Shown here: positions 59,736-64,000 of the stretch, piece by piece
Position numbering within the stretch: the stretch's first letter is position 1
How the letters are laid out: the number at the start of each line of letters is the position of its first letter
NCBI GenBank assembly: GCA_951406725.2
Contig: OX597814.1
Coordinates: 90,706,001-90,770,000, forward strand
Reading direction: 5' to 3'
Origin: Octopus vulgaris
Taxonomy: Eukaryota
DNA: 64,000 bases
Notes under the pieces: generated by a model
What the model was told of the DNA's origin: nothing
Database searches by the model: none
What the model saw: only the letters and a program-made list of their open reading frames with translations
Position numbers and translations under genes: made by a program

Positions 59736-59776
59736 TATTCAACCGGTTTTCGTCATTGTATGACTTGTCAAGAATA
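59736..59776 (-). ncRNA. Degenerate minimal hammerhead ribozyme at a Penelope 3' end
   Basis: Minus strand TATTC-tTGACaA-GTCA tacaa TGAC-GAAA-ACCGGT-t-GAATA: stems I and II and a palindromic stem III are intact; the core carries transitions. Confidence 0.65.
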
Positions 59777-60116
59777 TTTATGTTTTAAAAAGTTTTTTAA
59801 AAATTAGAAAGGGGAAAAAAAGAAAATTGCATTGTTTTTTGTAAAAGAATAATGATAAAAATGTACAAAAATTAAAAAATAAGTTCTCCGATACATTGTG
59901 AGTTCGTTGTGTATCTTGAGTGTTATGGTTGTTCACGAAAAAATTACCTTGAGGTGTAAAGCAGCAGAAATATAACAAAAGCTGTTACTCAGAGTTCAAC
60001 GCTCCCGTTCGTCGAACAGTTTTGTTAAAATGGAACAGAAATAACGATATAATCAAAACTATTCTCCTATTTTCTGGATATTTGAAGGAATTCCTATGAG
60101 AATAAAATTGGATCTT

Positions 60117-63100
60117 TCATTTCATTTCATTTCATTTGAGTTTGAATCCATGCTCAGGCCAAGTCGAAGACTCCACCCTCAGAGTCTGGTGTGGTTGCCA
60201 GGTTGTATTCTCTGTTTAATTTTGACATGTGTAGGAGCGAGTTTGAGTCAGTTTGTGCTCGTTGTGTATATCCTGGGAGATGGGGTTCATCTCTAATGGT
60301 GCTTAAGTATCTATCCAGCTGCAATTTGAATGATTCCACACTGCATCCTGATAGATTTCTGACATGTACCGGAATGGAGTTGAATAGTTGTGCTCCTCGA
60401 ACCAACAGACTTGACTCTCGCAGGGTTTTTGCTGCCTGGCCAGCCTTTTTGTTGATTGGTGGTAGCTGGCAGCGTCGTCCGTGGCACAGTGAGTGGTAGG
60501 TTTTGATACCAAAGTTTGGCACCTTTTGCTCTATCATTTTCCAAATGTATATAATTCGGTATCGCTCAAATCTTCTTTCTATTGAGTACATCTTCAAGGT
60601 TTTGAGTCTTTGCCAATAGTCCAGGTCCCTCGTTTCTGAGAAGTATGAGGTAAAATTTCTTTGGAGTGATTCCATCTTAGATAGTTGGCCCATTGTTGTT
60701 GGTGACCACAACTGAGAACTGTAGTCAATCCTCGGAAGTATCATACTGTTCCAGAGGGTTTTCATTGTTGAGGTATCTCTTGATTTGAAGGTGCGCAAGA
60801 TCCACCCGCTGTACTTTCTTGCAGTAAGACAGACTGAGTCAAGGTGTTCTCTGAATTTTAGGCTGGTTCCCATGTGGATGCCTAAATCTTTCACATACTG
60901 TTTTTCCATTATTTGTTGTCCTGATGGGTTTCTGTAGTTTGTTGTATTTTTCAGATCTTGATCTGTTCCGTAGCGAATTAGTTCAAACTTCTTATCATTG
61001 AACAACATGTTGTTTGTTTCCTGCCATTTATATATGGTGGTCAGGTCCTTTTGTAAGGTCTCTGTATCTAGCTCGTCTTTGATTTGTCTCATGACCCTGG
61101 TGTCATCAGCAAAGGATGAGACGTTGCTGGTTGTATCTTCATCTATGTCAGAGATGAGGATGAGAAACAGGATTGGGCCGAGTACTGTACCCTGAGGAAC
61201 ACTGCTGGTCACAGGTGATGGTGTTGAATGGGTTCCATTCACAGTGACTGTTTGAGTTCTATTTGTAAGGAACTCATGTATCCATGTATCGACTTTTTCT
61301 CCTACTCCTAGCTTTCGAAGTTTGTGACCCAGGATGCCATGATCTACCTTGTCAAATGCCTTGGCAAAGTCGAGGTAAATAATATCTGTGTTGTATCCAT
61401 TCTCTAGATTTTCTAGGATTTGGTCTTGGTGTGCCAGTAGTTGGGAAAGACACGATCTACCTAACCTGAATCCATGCTGGTTGCAATTCATCAGATTGTT
61501 GGATTCCAGGAACTCAACCAGTTTTCCACGAACTATTCTTTCGAAGACCTTGATAATGTGTGATGTCAGTGAGATTGGTCGGTAGTTCTTTGGTTTTGAT
61601 TTGCTGTCCCCTTTATGTATTGGAGTTATGTGTGCTTCTTTATATGTATTTGGTATTTTGCCATTCTCCATAGATTCCCTCCATATCATGTAAAGGGGTT
61701 TCAACAATAGTACCTTGCAGTTTTTAAGTATCATGGCATTGAAACCGTCAGGCCCCGCAGCCGAGTGCATGGAGAGCTTGTCTATGGCTCTTTCTGTCTT
61801 CTGGGTTGAAATCAATGTCGGATAGGGTAGGTTTAGTATGGTCGATATCCTTGAAGAATTTTCCTGGGTCATGGATCTTCATGGGTCACTGAAGACAATT
61901 TCATACTGTTGACCCAACATTTCTGCCATTTCTATAGGGTTATTCACCACATCCCCATTCTGTCTCTGGAGAGGTCCTATTGTTGACTTGGTATTCGAGT
62001 ATTTCTTTGCAAAACTGTAGAAACATTTTGGATTTTTCTTGATGTTTTCTATGGCTCTCTTTTCTGCATTGTTACGTTATTCATCATAGTGTTGTTTTAG
62101 ATTGTCTTCTAATCTGTATATTTGGTTAATGACTTTCTGTAATACATGTTTTGATGTCAGCTTAGATGTTTTGTTTCTTAGTCTTGAGCTTTTGCGCATC
62201 AGGATCTTTCGCTCCCGTGGTACAGGTTTTTTTGTGGATTTGGTTTTCTTAAGAGGAATATTTTTTGCACATATTTCTTCGATCTTGTTTAAGAATTTCT
62301 TGTGTTTATCTGGCCCAGTAAGGTAGAGATCCCAGTCAATGATTTGTTACTGGTTGTTAATAGTTTCCCAATTTGCCTTGTGATAATCATACCTGCATAG
62401 CTTTGGCATGTCCTTTTGTTTAAGAGTTGTGGCATTGGGCTCATTACCAATGTGTAAATGCATTTCAATAATATTGTGGTCTGAAAGGATTGTTGGGGTT
62501 GAGTGAAGGTCAAATAGCGTGTCCTCGTTGTTGGTGAAAACTAAGTCGATCGTATTATTATTTCTTGTTGCTTCTGTCATCATTTGTTTGAGGTATAATT
62601 TCTCTGTGATTTCCAACAGTTTGGCTGCTTGTATTTGTTCAGCTTTTGTCCCCAGTTTTAGTATGTGTCCATGTGGCCACATGATGTTAGGGAAGTTGAA
62701 GTCACCAAGGAGGATAATGTCTGGCATTGGACTCGCCATGTTTCCCAGAACTTGTTGGAGCTTTGTCAGTGGCTCAGTGAAGGATAATGTTGGGCTGTTT
62801 GGCGGTCTGTACATTATTGTTACAACTGTATTAAGTTGGATGATTTTTATGCACAGCAGGTTGCAGTAGGCATTTGATTCATTGACAAGTTCTATGCATG
62901 CATAGGTATCATGGATATACATGATAACGCCCCCATGGGATCTGCCTTTTCTATCACATCTGAAGATGTTGAATCCATTGATTGTGATTTCGCTGTTGCG
63001 GATGTTTTCGTTGAGATGACTTTCAGTAATTCCAATTATTTTGGAGTTGTTTTCTGTTGCTAATTCTTCCAAGAAAGGAACTTTACACTGTTTTGCTGTT

Positions 63101-63257
63101 ATTATGCTTGTTGTACCGGATACATCTGCCCTATTGTTGGCAAGACTGTTGTAGTTGCTGGGACTGTGCTGACTGGATATTCAGTCTGCTGGGCTGTCTG
63201 TATTTGTTGTATGTGCCCTGTAAGTCCAGGTGTAAGCCAGGTGTCAGCCAGGTGTCA
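60117..63257 (-). mobile_element. CR1-group (CR1/L2-like) LINE, 5'-truncated in the end of ORF1, (TGAAA)n tail, 6-bp TSD
   Basis: GATCTT at 60111-60116 and 63258-63263; tail seen as (TTTCA)n on the + strand. Confidence 0.93.
60154..63100 (-). pseudogene. LINE ORF2: AP endonuclease + reverse transcriptase, disrupted between the domains
   Basis: APE motifs GITESHL, RCDRKGRSHGGV, YRPP, LGDFN, IDLVF, SDH (62347-63072). RT motifs NYRPISLTS, QHGF, YLDFAKAFDKV, VPQGTVLGP, FADD (572-aa open stretch 60154-61872). Confidence 0.93.
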
Positions 63258-64000
63258 GATCTTGAAAGAATTTTCAGAAGCCCCTGTGTAAATTCTATAC
63301 TCGTGTCAGCCTTCTATTTGCATTTTGGCTCTAAACACAATTTGTTTCTCCAGACATTTTCCTACCAATTGCAATTCTTAGGAAAAGAATTTACTTATTG
63401 TTGTGTTGGTTAATGAAAGAGGCGAAGTTTTTGCAACAAGTATAGCTGATCTTATAGCAACAAGTATAACGTTCTTCTATTAAATATTATATAACACTTA
63501 TGGTTAGGTTGAAAATGTCTAGAAACTAATTTTAAGAATTCTCTACCTATATTTGTTTTTACGGCCATATTAAAAGCTGGGTTTAATCACAAAACCCTCC
63601 TAGTCCTAGCTCTTCGTGTTGCATTACTGGTAGCATTAAGTTAGTTATACTGTATTTTCTCAGAGAATCCACTATTCCTTAATGCCTTCTTCTAATAAGA
63701 TGCAGCATTTTGAAATGCTGCCTCGTCCGAAGAAATTGACGATATTCGTCGACGTACATTACTGACTAAGTTTCTAAGAATAACTGGCGGATGATTGGAT
63801 TCTTTGTTAATATAAGGTAGCTTATCATAAGACTTACGGTAAGGTTTGAATTTATCTGACAGTAAATCTAAATTTATATCTAAGAAATCTACAGAGACAG
63901 GCAGAAACAAGGAAAAGACCACTTGTATTTGAACACTATACAAATAATATTAAAAAAAAACTTTTCTTTTAATTTTTCCAAAATTTAATTGTTTTCCATA

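Larger units (their letters stand above)
59700..64000 (-). mobile_element. Penelope-like element relic (runs off the window), split by a LINE at 60117-63257
   Basis: RT C-terminus VDFLDINLDL..KPYRK..YINKESNHPP..RRISSISS, linker NPAFNMAVKTNIGREFLKL, and GIY-YIG RIYTGASENSFKI|QFYSHRNSFK across the insertion. Confidence 0.85.

Noticed and set aside
60191-62869. Plus-strand ORFs overlapping the LINE (and minus-strand ORFs over R4 copies)
   Set aside because: Antisense shadows of real TE coding frames.

Overview
AT-rich, intron/intergenic-type animal genomic DNA packed with microsatellites and transposons. The SINE families and repeat landscape look like an octopus (cephalopod) genome, which is inferred from recalled repeat families and not searched. 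No prokaryotic features are present. Host-gene signal is sparse: a likely orphan single-pass membrane protein exon (4059-4419), a candidate terminal exon (2353-2465) and a 39-nt candidate exon (52080-52118). The dominant structure is about 13 copies of several R4/Dong-clade (RT + restriction-like endonuclease) retrotransposon families, all on the + strand. Most are chained head-to-tail through (TAA)n microsatellites, and the longest chain spans 25.6-34.0 kb. Two copies of a ~550-600 bp non-coding element ride in the same TAA arrays. Also present: a full-length mariner (TIRs, TA TSD), a piggyBac (TTAA TSD), a CR1-group LINE inserted into a Penelope GIY-YIG domain (6-bp TSD), two Penelope relics with hammerhead-ribozyme-like motifs, a pogo-like PHD remnant, four tRNA-derived SINE families and a 157-bp loopless palindrome. 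Most ORFs in the supplied track are microsatellite or antisense artefacts. Boundaries of decayed elements are approximate.
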